A stretch of 64,000 nt of DNA, from the IMG/VR virus record IMGVR_UViG_3300026518_000006, positions 1 to 64,000 of that record; one strand, written 5' to 3'. The stretch's first letter is position 1. Every line of letters starts with the position of its first letter. This document shows positions 62,204-64,000 of the stretch, one piece after another. The position numbers and the translations under genes are program-made. The notes beneath the pieces were generated by a model. It was not told the DNA's origin. It saw nothing but the letters and a program-made list of their open reading frames with translations, and ran no database searches.

Positions 62204-64000
62204 GTGAGCACAAACGAAAATATCGTAAAAGAAACTATACCTTTTACACAAAATGAGCTTGAACTAGAAGTTAAAAGACTACTACTTTCAAAAGGGCTAA
62301 CAGACATATTATATCCAGGTTCCACCGTAAGTCAATTGTCTGATGTAATGACCTACTTAGTCCACGCATTAAACACCAACACCGCTATAAACCTACAAGA
62401 AGTCATTTTACCTTTAGCTTCTAAAAGAATGAATGTACTTTTTGGTGCAAGACAACTTGGTTATGAGGCTGTACAAAAAACATCATACAGATATAAATTA
62501 AAAGTCCAAATTCGTGAGCAATTGGATGAAAATGGAGACCCTTTATTGGGTGACTTTAGAGTCCAAATTCCAAAATATACTGAGTTTACATCAAACGGAA
62601 ATACCTATTATTATCTTGGGGAAGACATTGATGTTGTAACTAACAATCAAGAAAGATTTGGTATAGAAATTGAGCTTGAAGTTAAAGAGGGAAAATTAAT
62701 CAGATATGATGATAATGAACTCCTAAGATTTAGAGCTTTTAATGTTGTTGATAAAAACGGAGATATAGTAACTAAGCAGAATTATCTTATTCCTTTTAGA
62801 GATATTGAAGAAAACGGATTGGAAGTATTTCTAACTTATGTTGATAAGTATGGTACAACAGTAGAGAAAGAGTTGTGGACTAAATCTGACCAATTCTTAA
62901 TCGATAGTTCATTTGACTACCAAAAAAGAAAATATATAAGATTGGAGAACTTTTTCTTACAATTCCCTATCATATTCTTTGAGATTGGGGGTTATGGAAA
63001 TCCCATTAGACTCAACACTTTGATAGAGGTAAATGCCCTGATATCAAAAGGTGCTGATGGAAAAGCAGGAGATGTATTCGAAGTTGTAGACCCACTTTTA
63101 AAAGAGCAGATATCGGTATCTCCTGGGGTTATTGTGCACTATGGTAGTAATGAGGAGCATATAGAAAGTATTAAAGAAAATGCCCCTATATTCCATAATA
63201 CTGCCAACCGTGCAGTGACAGCACTAGATTATGTTGCGTTAAGTCAAAGACACGAAGCTGTAAAATTAGCTTCTGTTTGGGGAGGGGAAGATGAAGTATC
63301 TAACCGTTTTGCCAATGTGTTGTTTAGTTTTACTCCTGAAAGAACTCAAAGAGTATTTTTGTCTACTGACCCAAATAAAGACTATAATTTACCTGATGAA
63401 AACTATGCCTTAAATGTTCAATATGATTTACAATACCTGCCAAGAAGACCAAAAATTCCTGACATCCAAGACCCAAATGCGTTTGGTGTGCCACCAAAAC
63501 CAACCAACCCTGATTGGATTCCACTACCATCTAACTATATGGAAAAACCTGACACTTGGGTTACAGGATTAACAGCAGAACCAACACCAGTAGTAAACCC
63601 CGGAGCAGGTCCTCAGTTCACTTGGATTCCTGAAAGAGACGCTTATAACCACGACAGTGCTTATCCAAACCCATTTCCTAATGGTTTGACTTTCCCTACA
63701 GATTGGGTTGAGAATCCTAATATTGATGAGCTTTATTTGTCTGACCCGACTAATCCTGATTGGGCTACACCTGAAGAAAAGGCTGTAATTAAAAATCAGA
63801 AGCAAAGTCAAGCATACGAAATTTACAAAGCACTTTCATTTGAAGTTGATGAGTTCGGAAATCCACTTTCTACTTGGACACAAGAACTAGAGGATAAAGA
63901 TAAAGAATGGTTTGCTAATGGTGGTGCTCCAATATACAGAGATTATATAAGAAGACAAGATGCCATTGATTATATCCAATGGAGAAGAGATACAACTATA
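62204..64000 (+). CDS. baseplate wedge subunit (gp6-like), 3'-truncated
   Basis: GTG 62204; PGSTVSQL.D..TY..H; ARQLGY; NRAVTALDY; VWGGE; N-terminus and 63181-64000 translated by hand, frame consistent to the window end. Confidence 0.85.
   Translation, partial: MSTNENIVKETIPFTQNELELEVKRLLLSKGLTDILYPGSTVSQLSDVMTYLVHALNTNTAINLQEVILPLASKRMNVLFGARQLGYEAVQKTSYRYKLKVQIREQLDENGDPLLGDFRVQIPKYTEFTSNGNTYYYLGEDIDVVTNNQERFGIEIELEVKEGKLIRYDDNELLRFRAFNVVDKNGDIVTKQNYLIPFRDIEENGLEVFLTYVDKYGTTVEKELWTKSDQFLIDSSFDYQKRKYIRLENFFLQFPIIFFEIGGYGNPIRLNTLIEVNALISKGADGKAGDVFEVVDPLLKEQISVSPGVIVHYGSNEEHIESIKENAPIFHNTANRAVTALDYVALSQRHEAVKLASVWGGEDEVSNRFANVLFSFTPERTQRVFLSTDPNKDYNLPDENYALNVQYDLQYLPRRPKIPDIQDPNAFGVPPKPTNPDWIPLPSNYMEKPDTWVTGLTAEPTPVVNPGAGPQFTWIPERDAYNHDSAYPNPFPNGLTFPTDWVENPNIDELYLSDPTNPDWATPEEKAVIKNQKQSQAYEIYKALSFEVDEFGNPLSTWTQELEDKDKEWFANGGAPIYRDYIRRQDAIDYIQWRRDTTI

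Noticed and set aside
471-63811. Many antisense or nested ORFs in the track (e.g. 471-689, 1053-1292, 17334-17564, 24087-24344, 41221-41622, 55648-57886, 60610-61410, 63569-63811)
   Set aside because: They are shadows of real genes or tRNAs, with biased composition and no RBS.

Overview
This window is part of a large, very AT-rich T4-like myophage genome (Tevenvirinae/Eucampyvirinae-like; a Campylobacterota host is inferred, not shown). It contains a family-B DNA polymerase, gp2 and gp4 homologues, a GH19 endolysin, and a tail/baseplate module (sheath, three or four tube-fold paralogues, gp26/51/48/53/27/5/25-like genes and a partial gp6). It also has T4-type late promoters (TATAAATA), a tRNA cluster with two HNH endonucleases, five orphan DNA methyltransferases, a ParM-like actin ATPase, a ClpP-like protease and a P-loop protein with an intein. 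The most unusual signal is in the accessory genes. More than 20 otherwise unrelated early proteins end in the same C-terminal peptide, helix-[PAL S]-[EQ]-x-[FL]-[IV]-stop (e.g. YPEYFI), conserved at protein level despite synonymous codon changes. Three of them are mosaic leucine-rich-repeat (LRR) proteins with invariant caps and shuffled 20-aa modules. Two of the LRR genes are followed by a 13-bp tandem array that re-encodes the tag in all three reading frames, just upstream of a dispersed palindrome+promoter cassette. A separate set of late genes carries an N-terminal motif resembling the T4 capsid-targeting signal. Several accessory genes are broken by 1-nt homopolymer indels or single nonsense codons while core genes are intact; these could be real lesions or sequencing artefacts. 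All functional calls come from motif recognition by eye; no database search was run.
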